Shown here: positions 23,345 to 34,442 of the stretch, one piece after another | How the letters are laid out: every line of letters begins with the position of its first letter | Position numbering within the stretch: position 1 is the first letter of the stretch | Assembly (NCBI GenBank): GCA_964016885.1 | Contig: OZ024742.1 | Coordinates: 364,002,001 to 364,066,000, forward strand | Length of the DNA: 64,000 bases | DNA from: Eledone cirrhosa | Taxonomy: Eukaryota | Direction: 5' to 3' | Notes under the pieces: model-generated | The model's database searches: none | Told to the model about the DNA's origin: nothing | What the model saw: the letters and a program-made list of their open reading frames with translations, nothing else | Made by a program: the position numbers and the translations under genes

Positions 23345-25441
23345 TTACCGTACTTTTGGTAGAGGAGGGATGGTTTTTACATCCCTTTTCACTTGATCGT
23401 CTGGTGAAGGGACCGTTGAATCGTCCCTTCGGCTGGTCGTCGGCTCTTCTAAGAGAATGTCTGAATATACTCTTCGATTGATGGTTCCTCCTAGGTCCCT
23501 GAAATCACCAACTGCGTTGGGGAATTTCGTTTTAATGTTTGTGTATTGTTTCTGTGCTATTTTTAGCAGTCTTATGTTAGTTGGCGTTTTGATTGGTGCT
23601 GGTATTATGTAGTCCTGTTGTGAAATGTCTGTGTGTTCAATTATGTAAGTCATTAGTTTCTTGTTGTGTGTGTTTATTGCCGTGCATTTGTTTTTCTGGG
23701 GGTGGGGTGTGGTTCTGCTATTTTCTTGTCGTTGTTGCTGGGTGTGTGTGTTTTGTTGTTGTGTTTGCGATGTTGGTGCTTGTGGTGGTGGTGTTGAAGG
23801 TGTTGTTGGCGGTGGGGTTGTCGCCGGTGGCGATGGTGGTGCTGGTGTGGGTGGTGATGCTGTTGGTGGTGTTGCTGCTGTGGTTCTCTTTGCAGTAGAC
23901 TTTACCCTTTTCTCATTTCTTTCCTCCCTTTTCAAAGGCGACGATTCGCTGCTTCTGCGTTTGTGCCTTCTTGCGACCTTTTGCCATCCCTCTCCCACCT
24001 CACACTCCATGTCTGATTCTGTAAGGTCGGGGAGGGGTACCAGCTCCACTCTTTCACTTGTTGTTGTTGGTGATGTTTGCACTGGAGTCTCTGTTGCAGC
24101 TGCATTTGGTATTGCTGTTGTTGTTGTTAATATTTCCACTGCTGCTGCTGTCTTTGATTTCCGTGGAGTGGGTATGGGTGCCACGGACCTATCGTTCCTG
24201 GTTGCCGCTTGTCCTGTTGCTGGTAGCCGTGGAGCCGGATTCGGAAGGAGGGGGGTTTTCTCCTTTCTCAGGGTCTTCTCGTTGCAGAAGGCCCTGAGGT
24301 GAGTCTTCGATCCACAGCGAAAGCATTTCGGGCGTTTGCCCTCAACACTTATGGGCAGTTGAGTGCCGTTATCGAAGTCTATCACATCCGGGATAGCTTC
24401 GATGCACTCCTGGTTGGTTTGGATTAGCATCTCAATGGAGGAGCCGACCCAATCTTCTCTTACTTTTTTCTGTACTTGCAGTACAGTTGTTTTGTCCTCG
24501 ATTCCGACGAGGACAGACGCGGCCAGCCAAGAAGGGGTCATTCCGGGGGGGACGTGGGTCAGTTTGACCCTCACAATTTTTTGCCCGCAGTAGGAGGGCA
24601 CCAACACCATTTCCTCGCTCCTTAGGGTCACTACTGATTGGGCCTTTGCCTCCTGGGGTGTGGCAAAAAGTACGTCTACGGTGGCGTATTTTTTGCCTCG
24701 GGTGATGTGCGTTTTCCTCTGCCACACAGACCCCAAGGCTTTTTGTATTTGGGCCTCTGTGGCTCTTTCCACCCTACGGGATTTTGTACTTACTGTACGG
24801 TACGTGACCGTACAGTGCTCTTGGGTCTCGAAAAACTTTTCCGCTGCCTTGCAGATTGCTCGGTGTCCGTTCTTTGTCACCATCTTCTTCGCTTCCTCTA
24901 ATTCCTCATTTGTTATGAGGATTGTTTCCAAGTTTTTCGCAATACCTGCAAATGAGATTGGTTTTTCTCTGCTGTTGTTGTTGTCGTCAGAGCTGCTGGT
25001 ACTTTTGTTGCTGCAGGTACTACGACTACTGCCTCCGCCGCTGTTGCTGTGGTTGTTGTTGGTGTTGCTGCTGCTAATGCTGTTGTTGTTTATGCTGCTG
25101 GTGATGCTGTTGCGGCTGCTACTGTTGTTTTCATTGTCACTGTTGCTGTTGTTATTACGGCTGCTACTGCTATTATTCCTGACGTCAGACGAATGAACTG
25201 GGTTTTCGTATTTCCCGCACACCTGTTTCGTCGCTGTCGTCGTCGTCGTGGAGAAACCTTGCACGCTTTGCACGAGACTTTTCTTTTCTTTCGTCGCTTG
25301 CGAAAGAGAAGGGAGGGAGAGAGACACATTTAAAGAAGGGAGGGAGAGAGACAATCTTCTCTCTGCTGTAGTGATGATTGAGGAAGAAGAAGACGGAATG
25401 AGTGGGAGTGACGTATGAAATTTTTTTTTTTTGGTAGCCAT
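23345..25441 (-). CDS. LINE ORF1 nucleic-acid-binding protein (698 aa from first ATG)
   Basis: First ATG (MATKKKK) at 25441. Ser/Asn-rich N-terminus, SFAGIAK, CFRCGSKTHLRAFC knuckle and Pro/Thr-rich region. Lies directly upstream of ORF2. Confidence 0.9.
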   Translation of the reverse strand: MATKKKKFHTSLPLIPSSSSSIITTAERRLSLSLPSLNVSLSLPSLSQATKEKKSLVQSVQGFSTTTTTATKQVCGKYENPVHSSDVRNNSSSSRNNNSNSDNENNSSSRNSITSSINNNSISSSNTNNNHSNSGGGSSRSTCSNKSTSSSDDNNNSREKPISFAGIAKNLETILITNEELEEAKKMVTKNGHRAICKAAEKFFETQEHCTVTYRTVSTKSRRVERATEAQIQKALGSVWQRKTHITRGKKYATVDVLFATPQEAKAQSVVTLRSEEMVLVPSYCGQKIVRVKLTHVPPGMTPSWLAASVLVGIEDKTTVLQVQKKVREDWVGSSIEMLIQTNQECIEAIPDVIDFDNGTQLPISVEGKRPKCFRCGSKTHLRAFCNEKTLRKEKTPLLPNPAPRLPATGQAATRNDRSVAPIPTPRKSKTAAAVEILTTTTAIPNAAATETPVQTSPTTTSERVELVPLPDLTESDMECEVGEGWQKVARRHKRRSSESSPLKREERNEKRVKSTAKRTTAATPPTASPPTPAPPSPPATTPPPTTPSTPPPQAPTSQTQQQNTHTQQQRQENSRTTPHPQKNKCTAINTHNKKLMTYIIEHTDISQQDYIIPAPIKTPTNIRLLKIAQKQYTNIKTKFPNAVGDFRDLGGTINRRVYSDILLEEPTTSRRDDSTVPSPDDQVKRDVKTIPPLPKVR

Positions 25442-26600
25442 GTTTTTTTGTTTAAAATGAAATTTTGGGTACAAAACCCCAATAACTGATTATTTAACCC
25501 CGAAGGGCCAAATAACGGACAGAAAGACCCCTCTCACGAGGAGGAGGGTGTCTTTATCAACAATTTGGTTCAAGTTTTAAACAATTTACAATTGTTTTAA
25601 GGGTTAAAAATTACTATACCTTACAGAGCCGAGCCTCCGTCAACCATGGCATTCAATAATAATAATAATAATAATAATAATAAGGGAAGAAGACGCACGA
25701 GGTGGTTGAACGTCACGAAATTGCTCCCGTAAGTTTTTTTGATTTTTAACATATTTAAATCAATTGTGAAAGAACAATTCTTAGCACAAATGTTGCATAA
25801 AGGCACCGAATGAGGTCCCATAAAGTTTCGGATCCATATTATATTGTTGTATCGCTCAAATATTCAATTTTGTATTATATATTTTGTATTCAAAAAAAGA
25901 AAATGGATATAAATGGAACAAAACACCCTCTGTCTACACTATATAGAACAGCGGCAATTTCAATTTCACCAACACCAGAAACTTGATACACTACCTATCC
26001 CATCACACTAAATATAACGGCAACTTCACCGGCATCATAATAATAATTACTATTATTATTGTCTCAAATTTAAAAAAATGTTTAATTCAAATTTTACGGG
26101 AATATGTCAACACAAAATATAATGAAAATATATATTAAACATACGAACACAAACTCATAGATACTATATCAGTAACCACAACACCACCGCTGCCACCTCC
26201 CCACCACATCCATCATCGCCGCCACCACTCATTCAATGCTACTGACACTATTCCCCTGTTAACTTGAGAGAGAAAAGGGAAGGTGGTGGTAGCACTAGAC
26301 AAGAGAGAGGCTAGCAAAAGATATAAATAGATTGACTTGGTGACCTTGCCACGGACAAACGTCTACATCAACAATTATGGGACTGCTGGCTCACCCCTTC
26401 CTCACCAACAATATAAAAAGCCCCGGCACCACCACCGACATAGCCAGCAGCAATAACAGCCAACTACAACAAAAAGTATATTATATTATTGTAATGCACT
26501 GGGTGATTGCTGGCCTTGTGCCTGGAGTGGAGACGATTATTAATAATTTCATTTTTAAGCCACGCAATGCTCACATTAAGGTACGACTCATGATAATAAC

Positions 26601-29600
26601 AATTTTAAAAAAACAACAAAAAGAAAACCCCGTGACCAAGAAATACCGGGATGGCGGCCGGCGGGGAATAGCCATGTCTCTAGGGGAGAACGACCCCTCT
26701 AGTCTTGGTTGACACTCGTTCTAGAAGTGGTAACACGAAAAGATTACCCCTTGGCGGTTAAGGATAAAACGCGACAAAATAAGGTAGATGTCTAATGATG
26801 AAATCTCATACCGGATCGGCCGTCACCCGGGTAAAAAAGGGCCGCGTCCCTCAGAGAGGAACCAGACTGGGGTCGAAAAATCAGCTAATGGTTCAAACCT
26901 TCCCATCACTTCGGAGCTGGAGACCTCCCATAACCGGAATACTCCTACTGTTGGCCCTCCATGCTCACCACCAAGAAATCCAAAGAAAAAGAGAGAAAAA
27001 TGGTCAAGGGAAGATAATAAAGAAGTCCTTGAGGCTTTCTACACTGCCATGTACTACCCATCAAATACATCGAATACAGAGCAAACATATATCAACTGGA
27101 AAAAGAAACATCCCGAAAACAGAGGCTATATTGACAGTAACAAACTAGCCAATATACGAAGAAATATTGTAAGAAAAAAGTTACTAACTGATATAGAAAT
27201 TGATCAGATCAAGCTAGTAGCACAAAGTCAGCGAAGGGAAAATGAAGCATGTGTCAGTGAAAACGAGGTAAACTGTAACACTTCGAATCCCAGAGTTGGG
27301 GCGGAATCACTGGCAACAGAACAAATTAAAGAAAGGAGCGAAAAAGTGGAGGGAGTGCATGCTCAGGATGAAACTCCAAATGAAAATAATGAGATCGTAA
27401 ATGATAAAGAAATGAATGAGAATGAACTTGCCAACTTGAAGGATGAAATTATGATCGAATGGATGAAAATGAAAGAATCTGACATGGGGGAACGAGACAC
27501 CCTCCCTAAGATCCAGAACTCCAAACAGAACCAAAAGATAATACACAAGACTAACATAATTCTCAAAAACATTATCATCACAAACAAAATAAACATTACT
27601 GACTTAAATCATCTCTATTATGCATCGGCTAAAGTCACCACTCACTTATGTGGAGTGAAGATGAAAAAACAAAGGAATTCCCACAAGAAATCTACTTGGC
27701 AAGATAACATCAATCGCCAAATAAACCTTCTCCGATCTGACATAGAAATTTTAACAAACTATAAAGTAGGTGAACATGTTAAACAAACTAAACTTAGAAA
27801 ATTGAAAAAAAAGTACAGTATAAGATCAACATGTGACATAGACATGCTGATAGAAACAATCAAGCAAAAAGTGTCGGCCAAAGCTGCTCGTATAAGGCGC
27901 TTTGAAAAACGATCTAGATTCTATAAGGACAATATGTTCAAAAACAACCAAAGAAACTTCTACAGAAAAATTGGTAAGTCAACAATAACTGCTAAATCAA
28001 TACCACCCAAGGAGGAAGTGCAAGAATTCTGGGAAAAGATCTGGGCCGAAGAAAAAGTTCATAACATACATGCCCCATGGATAGACAGACAAATGAAAGA
28101 AACAGCTCACCTTGAAGAACAAACATGGGAAAATATAACAGTTGAACAGCTGCGCTTGGCTCTAAGAAAAACCAGCAAATGGAAATCCCCAGGAAAAGAC
28201 AAAATACAAAACTTTTGGATAAATGCCTTCACAGAGTCTCATGAGCTGTTAGCCCAACTTTACAATGAAATAGTTAAGGAGCCAGAAAAGATACCATCAT
28301 GGCTAGTTAACGGCATTACATTCCTGCTACCGAAGAATGATGAGACAAACAATCCCAAAAATTACAGACCGATAACCTGCTTGACCACAATGTATAAAAT
28401 TTTAACATCAGTCCTAACTGAATACACATATGACCACCTGATAACAAATGACCTATTTCCCATTGAGCAGAAAGGGTGTAAACGAGGCTCATATGGCTGT
28501 AAGGATCAACTTCTGGTTAACAAAATGATACTGGAAGATTGTCATAATAGACACAAAAATCTATCGATTGCTTGGATAGATTATAAAAAAGCATTTGATA
28601 GTTTGCCACACAGTTGGATTGAAAAATGTTTAGAGATTTTCAAAATATCCCCCGTTGTCAGGGGGTTTTTGTCATTCAGTATGAGGACATGGAGAACGAC
28701 ACTCCTTTTGAATAGTGAAACAAAATCACTGGAAGCTGGAGAAGTTAACATTAATTGTGGAATTTTTCAGGGTGACTCTTTATCACCGCTTTTATTCTGC
28801 ATCGCACTTATACCATTAAGTAAAATGCTCAATGAAACAAAACATGGATATAGAGTCTATGACAAAACCATTAATCACCTGTTCTACATGGATGACCTGA
28901 AACTATTTGCAAAAAATGATGAACAATTGCAAGGGCTATTATCCACTGTGAAGCAGTTCAGTGATGACATTAAAATGGAGTTTGGACTGGATAAATGCGC
29001 CAAAGCAACGTTCACCAGAGGAAAGCTGCTGAAGAGTTCAGACATTAATCTTGATCGGGGGAACGTGATAAGAGAGCTTGATCAAGAAAAAACTTACAAA
29101 TATCTAGGTGTTTGTGAAGGAGACGGAATCAAGCACTCGACAATGAGGGAAAGGATAAGGAAGGAATGTTACCGCAGAGTCAGAGCAATCTTAAGAACGG
29201 AATTGAATGCAAGGAATAGGATCGATGCCATAAACACGCTTGCCATACCAGTAGTAACCTACAGTTACAATGTCATCAACTGGTCAAGCACAGAGATCCG
29301 TAGGCTCGATACAAAAATCCGAAAATTCTTAACCATGCACAGAATGCATCACCCTAAGGCAGACATAGATAGAATATATCTCCCTAGGAAAGAAGGAGGA
29401 CGTGGGTTAATCCAGTTAGACATTGCGTTGAAAACTGCAACAATTGGATTATCCACATATCTAAGGGAATCACATGATTGGATGATCAAACTCGTTTTGA
29501 AACACGAAAGCACCAAAAGATCATATTCCATTACAAAAGATGCACAAAGATACAGTAATGGACTACAAATTTCAGAAGTCCCATTTACTGCTGAAATGGA

Positions 29601-30576
29601 AAACACAGAAAAAGCAAAGCAGGTAAAAGTAACTGCAAAGAAAGAACTGCTACAGAAACTGGCTAAGAAATGGCAAGAAAAGCCTCTGTATGGAAAATAC
29701 CCAGAGCGAGCTAACAATCCTGATGTTGACAAAACTTTAACCCATCAGTGGTTGGCATCCTCTGGACTGAAATCGGAGACTGAAGGACTGATTATATCAG
29801 CACAAGATCAGTGTCTGCCAACAAAAAATTACCAAGCCAACATAATAAAAAATGGGTGCAGCCCACTATGCCGTGTATGCAAAAAACAACCAGAGACCAT
29901 TGACCATATAATTTCAATGTGCAGTCCTATAGCTCCAACCGAATACCTAAACAGGCATGACAGAGCTGCACAATACATACATTGGATAATGTGTAAGCAT
30001 TTTGACCTGCCCCATCAAAAGAATTGGTGGGAGCATCAACCACCTCCCATACTTGAAAAAGATCACATCTCAATCTTGTGGAACTTTAGCATCCAAACAG
30101 ACCGAAAAATAGATGCAAATAGACCTGATATAATATTGAAGGACTTTCAAAGGAGGGTATGCCTGCTAATTGATATGTCTGTTCCAATAGACAAGAATGT
30201 ATCTATAAAAACATTTGAAAAATTGAGCAAGTATAAGGACCTGGAGATAGAAATTGGAAAAATGTGGAAATTGAGAACTAAAACAATACCAGTGGTTGTA
30301 GGCGCTCTGGGAATGATACCTAAGGGGTCTAACGACTACTTATCGCAAATCCCAGGAAACCCGCGTATAGGAGAAATACAAAAGATAGTACTAATGGGAA
30401 CTGCCCATATACTAAGGAAGATCCTGTCAATATAAGTACATCACAAGTCTAAACACTAAGGATGCATGTGTGAATATGTGTGTTCTTTCTTGAACATGGC
30501 GGACCTTGTTGTCTCTTGAGGTCACTGGTTGTGACTTGGTGATAACTCGTATAAACATAAAGCAAGATAAATGCAA
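26601..30576 (+). mobile_element. R4/Dong-clade non-LTR retrotransposon, family 1 (full-length, intact)
   Basis: Single ORF, ~190-nt 5' UTR and 140-nt 3' UTR. Followed by (AAT)n at 30576-30601, with a degenerate TAA run at the 5' side. Confidence 0.92.
26788..30435 (+). CDS. RT + CCHC + restriction-like endonuclease polyprotein (1215 aa)
   Basis: WKSPGKD, NYRPITCL, DYKKAFD, QGDSLSP, YMDD; CRVC..ETIDHIISMC, RHD, RPDII..LID, K..KYKDL, VVGALG. No APE domain. Confidence 0.96.
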   Translation: MSNDEISYRIGRHPGKKGPRPSERNQTGVEKSANGSNLPITSELETSHNRNTPTVGPPCSPPRNPKKKREKWSREDNKEVLEAFYTAMYYPSNTSNTEQTYINWKKKHPENRGYIDSNKLANIRRNIVRKKLLTDIEIDQIKLVAQSQRRENEACVSENEVNCNTSNPRVGAESLATEQIKERSEKVEGVHAQDETPNENNEIVNDKEMNENELANLKDEIMIEWMKMKESDMGERDTLPKIQNSKQNQKIIHKTNIILKNIIITNKINITDLNHLYYASAKVTTHLCGVKMKKQRNSHKKSTWQDNINRQINLLRSDIEILTNYKVGEHVKQTKLRKLKKKYSIRSTCDIDMLIETIKQKVSAKAARIRRFEKRSRFYKDNMFKNNQRNFYRKIGKSTITAKSIPPKEEVQEFWEKIWAEEKVHNIHAPWIDRQMKETAHLEEQTWENITVEQLRLALRKTSKWKSPGKDKIQNFWINAFTESHELLAQLYNEIVKEPEKIPSWLVNGITFLLPKNDETNNPKNYRPITCLTTMYKILTSVLTEYTYDHLITNDLFPIEQKGCKRGSYGCKDQLLVNKMILEDCHNRHKNLSIAWIDYKKAFDSLPHSWIEKCLEIFKISPVVRGFLSFSMRTWRTTLLLNSETKSLEAGEVNINCGIFQGDSLSPLLFCIALIPLSKMLNETKHGYRVYDKTINHLFYMDDLKLFAKNDEQLQGLLSTVKQFSDDIKMEFGLDKCAKATFTRGKLLKSSDINLDRGNVIRELDQEKTYKYLGVCEGDGIKHSTMRERIRKECYRRVRAILRTELNARNRIDAINTLAIPVVTYSYNVINWSSTEIRRLDTKIRKFLTMHRMHHPKADIDRIYLPRKEGGRGLIQLDIALKTATIGLSTYLRESHDWMIKLVLKHESTKRSYSITKDAQRYSNGLQISEVPFTAEMENTEKAKQVKVTAKKELLQKLAKKWQEKPLYGKYPERANNPDVDKTLTHQWLASSGLKSETEGLIISAQDQCLPTKNYQANIIKNGCSPLCRVCKKQPETIDHIISMCSPIAPTEYLNRHDRAAQYIHWIMCKHFDLPHQKNWWEHQPPPILEKDHISILWNFSIQTDRKIDANRPDIILKDFQRRVCLLIDMSVPIDKNVSIKTFEKLSKYKDLEIEIGKMWKLRTKTIPVVVGALGMIPKGSNDYLSQIPGNPRIGEIQKIVLMGTAHILRKILSI

Positions 30577-30601
30577 ATAATAATAATAATAATAATAATA
30601 A

Positions 30602-33600
30602 AACAAAAACAAAAAAAGAAACCCCCAAAACGTAAAGAAAATAAGAATGAAGAGAGAAGCAAGCGGACGGACAGAGAAGAGGGGGGAAAAACTAAAACTT
30701 AAAAAACAAAAACTAAGTCAGATATTCGAACACTACATTACAATGAAACTTATGCTTATTCATTTTTGGGGCCCTTTCTGCCTGTGTGTTTGTTTGTTTA
30801 TGTGTGTTCGTATACAGCGTGGTGATAATGCCACACAAGGGCCAAGTGGGATGGCGGATCCACAGATGGCTATGTAACCATACATTCGCCAATCCTCGAT
30901 AAGAGTGTTTAAATATCGAACATAAACAGTTCGAATAACGGTGAAATGGAGACTAGAACGTTATGTGACAGACTCTCACCCAACAGGTGCCCCTGGCTCA
31001 GCAGCAGGAACCTGACTGTCAACCAAATACTGCTGATGTTGGAGGAAGAAGAAGAAGGAAAGGGGCCATAACCAACTGGACGAAAGAATTGAATAGAACT
31101 GTTATGCAATGCTACCTGAAAAGTAACCCCAAGGAGAGGGGCTACAGGAGACGGATGCATAACATCTGGAACAAGATTGGTTTATTTAAATTAGATGAAC
31201 AAAAATTGGCCGGGCAGGCTCGGGTAATAAGAACTAATGGGTGGATAAGCGAGCTGGAACTGGAGGAACTGAGCAGAGAGAATGGCTTGGAGATGGCGGG
31301 TGTAGTATGCCAGACAAGCGAGCCAGTGGGAAATGAAGGTGAAGAGGTCCTGAGAACGGAGGAACCACCCGAAGCAGACAATGATCTGAATACTGAGATA
31401 AATAATACCTGGAACAGAGATACGGCCACTGAGGAGATGAATGCTGACGGGCTAGGACAAGATTCGGTTGACATCCTAAATTTAGTGGTAGATGAATTGA
31501 ACAATGATAGTGGGAGACCTATGAACCTAAGATTTGTAGACAGGAAAAAGTTAAAAGAAACAACAGCTAAGGTAAACAAAGTCATCCCATACCTTGAGGC
31601 GAGGAGCCTTCACCAGTGCAACAATATCCTCAAAGCAACAGCAAATACGGTGAGGAAACTACTTGGTATAAAAGCGAGAGGAAACAACAGACAAGAAAGA
31701 GCAGAGCCGTGGTGGAAGAAGCGACTGAGTGGGCAAATCGGGGAAATGAGAAATGACATAGGAAAGCTTGAGTCACTACTGAATGGGACACTAAAAAACA
31801 TAGGCACTAAAAATAGACTGGAAATAAAATACAAAACTAGGAGTAAAAAGCTAAATATTATCATAGAGGAATTGAAGCAACGCATTGTAGCAAAGAGTGC
31901 AAAAATCAGGCGATACGAGAACAGAGTCAGTCAGTATAAACAGAACCGCATGTTCGACAACAACCAGAAGATGCTGTTTGGACAGCTTGAGGGGAAAGAA
32001 AGAGGCAACGACTTGATCCCTGGGGCGGAACAAACTAAAACATTCTGGAGAGGAATATGGGAGCAGGATGTTAGACATAATGCCCAGGCAGGGTGGATTG
32101 AGACAGTACAGAGGGAGATCGGTGAGCAGGCACAACAACAAACTGATTTGAGTATCACAGTTGAAACTCTTAAGGGGCAGGCCAAAAAACTAACCAACTG
32201 GAAATCACCAGGCCCAGATGGTGTGCAGGGGTATTGGATTAAACATTTAACATCCCTCCACCCGAAGCTGACGGCCATGTTCAATGACTGCTTGGTGTCG
32301 GGTGAGGTGCCAGAGTGGTTGACAAAAGGTACCACAGTTCTGATAATGAAAGACCGAATCAAGGGTAATGATGTTACCAACTATAGACCTATCACGTGTC
32401 TGTCCGTAATGTGGAAACTGTTGACGAGCATTGTTTCTGAGGAAATCTACCATAACCTCCACACAAACAACTTGTTACCGGACGAACAGAAAGGATGCCG
32501 AAAGAAGTCACGTGGTACAAAGGACCAGTTACTTATTGATAAGATGGTAATGGGGAATTGCAGGAGGAGACACACTGATCTTGCCATGGGATGAATAGAC
32601 TACAGAAAGGCATTTGACATGGTGCCTCATTCTTGGATCACCAAAAGCCTGGAGATCTTCAGGGTGGCAGATAACATCAGACAGTTGCTGGGCAGGAGTA
32701 TGGGGTCCTGGGAGACAGAGTTGACATCAACTGGTGTATCCTTGGGAAGCGTGAAGATCAAGAGAGGTATCTTCCAGGGAGATAGCCTGTCCCCTCTGTT
32801 GTTTGTCCTTGCCCTAATGCCCTTGACCATTATGCTGCGAAAAGTGAGAGCAGGATACAAGTTGGGAAGGGGAGAGCTTACCATCAATCACCTCCTCTTC
32901 ATGGACGATCTTAAGCTCTTCGGGAAAAGTGAGAAGGAGTTGGATGTGCTTGTTGACACTGTCCGTATTTTCAGCAGTGATATATGTATGCAGTTTGGTA
33001 TTGGTAAATGTGGAGTCATTGTGATGAGGAGGGGTAGGTTGAGCAGAAGTAGCGGGATCCAGATACCAACAGGTGAGATGATAAAGGAAATTGACTCTGA
33101 GGAAGGATACAAGTATTTGGGCGTTCTGGAGGCTGATGGCATAAAGAACAAAAACATGAAGGAATTGTTAAGAACTGAATACATTCGGAGAGTAAGGAGC
33201 GTATTAAAGTCACATCTGAACAGTAGGAATGCCATAAGCGCAGTAAATTCCAGAGCTGTGTCTATTATTAGGTACAGTGAGGGAATTCTGAGATGGAATG
33301 TTGCTGAACAAAAAGAAATGGATAGGAAGACTAGGAAGCTATTGACTATCTACAACATGTTCCACAAGAGGAGTGATGTCGATAGACTCTACCTAAGGAG
33401 ATCTGAGGGTGGAAGAGGTCTTATCAGCATAGAGGACTGTGTTCAGATGGAGAAAAACAACCTATACAAATACGTGACCTATAGTAAGGAGCCAATGCTC
33501 AAAACTGTACTGAAGGAGGGGACAGTAGGCCAGGGGATGTCCAAGGAGGAAATAACATCAAGGAGGAAGAGCAGCCTTAAGGGAAAATCCCTTCATAGTA

Positions 33601-34410
33601 CCTTCTTTGAGAAAACTGAATTTAGAGATCCACAGACATGGAACTGGTTGAGAAGAGGAGACCTCAAAAAGGCTACAGAAGGAATGATAATGGCTGCGCA
33701 GGAGCAGGCCCTCAAAACGAAGTGGTTGAAGCACCATATTTACAAGGAGGAGGCTAGCCCACTGTGCAGGATCTGTGGAGAGAGAGAGGAGACTGTGGCT
33801 CACATTGTGTCCGAGTGTAAACACCTAGCCCAGACCCACTATAAGGGCTGGAGACACGATGTGATGGGCAGGGTGATCCACTGGCATCTGTGCAAAGTAA
33901 ACAATTTACCACATTCTGAGAAATGGTATGAGCATAGGCCGGAGGCGGTGATGGAGAACAATCAGGTGAAGGTGCTGTGGGATTTTAGGATACAGACGGA
34001 CAAAAAACTGGAACACAATAGACCTGACCTGGTGGTTGTGGACAAAGAAAAAAGATCGTGTCTGATTGTGGATGTGGCCTGCCCGTTCGACACGAGAGTG
34101 CAAGAGAAGGAGAGGGAGAAAATTAACCGATACCAGGACCTAAAGTGGGAGGTGAAAAGGATTTGGAACTGCCATGAAGTCAAAGTGATCCCGATTGTCA
34201 TAGGCGCACTGGGGACTATCTCCAAAAGTTTCCAGGGATGGTTAAAGAAAATCGGCCCTTCACGCTTTTTGGAACGCTTCAAAAGGCATGCTTGCTTGGA
34301 ACAGCAAGAACCCTCCGATACGTCCTGAATATCTGAGGCTGCAGGTAGTGGCTTGATATTCAATCCAACGGACTTTCCAGTTAACCAACATCAATGACTG
34401 AGATTCAAGG
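30602..34410 (+). mobile_element. R4/Dong-clade element, family 2 (near full-length, few lesions)
   Basis: Same domain order as family 1 but a divergent sequence. Lies between (AAT)n 30576-30601 and (AAT)n 34411-34440. Confidence 0.9.
30946..34336 (+). pseudogene. Dong family 2 RT-RLE ORF with nonsense codon and frameshifts
   Basis: 30987-32594 and 32619-34328 are in one frame, split by TGA at a conserved Trp (AMG*IDYRKAFD). Has FMDD, CRIC..ETVAHIVSEC and RPDLVV. The expected C-terminus LQKACLLGTARTLRYVLNI* is in a shifted frame. Confidence 0.9.
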
Positions 34411-34442
34411 AATAACAACAATAATAATAATAATAATAATAT

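Noticed and set aside
20217-25333. Antisense and alternative-frame ORFs overlapping the LINEs
   Set aside because: They are shadows of GC-rich retroelement ORFs with no independent motifs.
25521-25556. HDV-like ribozyme in the Tx1-B 5' UTR (TCCTCGT loop)
   Set aside because: It forms a simple hairpin. P3 pairing is imperfect and there is no GG for P1.1 after the candidate P1 strand.
25684-25731. GRRRTRWL peptide resembling an RTE C-terminus, or a small exon ending in GTAAGT
   Set aside because: Too short to support, with no adjoining homology.
30818-30865. Twister ribozyme in the Dong2 leader (TAATGCCA...TGGCGGA)
   Set aside because: No GUCCCAAGC-type loop 4 and no pseudoknot partner could be placed.
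32592-32594. In-frame TGA as selenocysteine or readthrough in Dong family 2
   Set aside because: It aligns to a conserved Trp (TGG>TGA), and the copy also has frameshifts.
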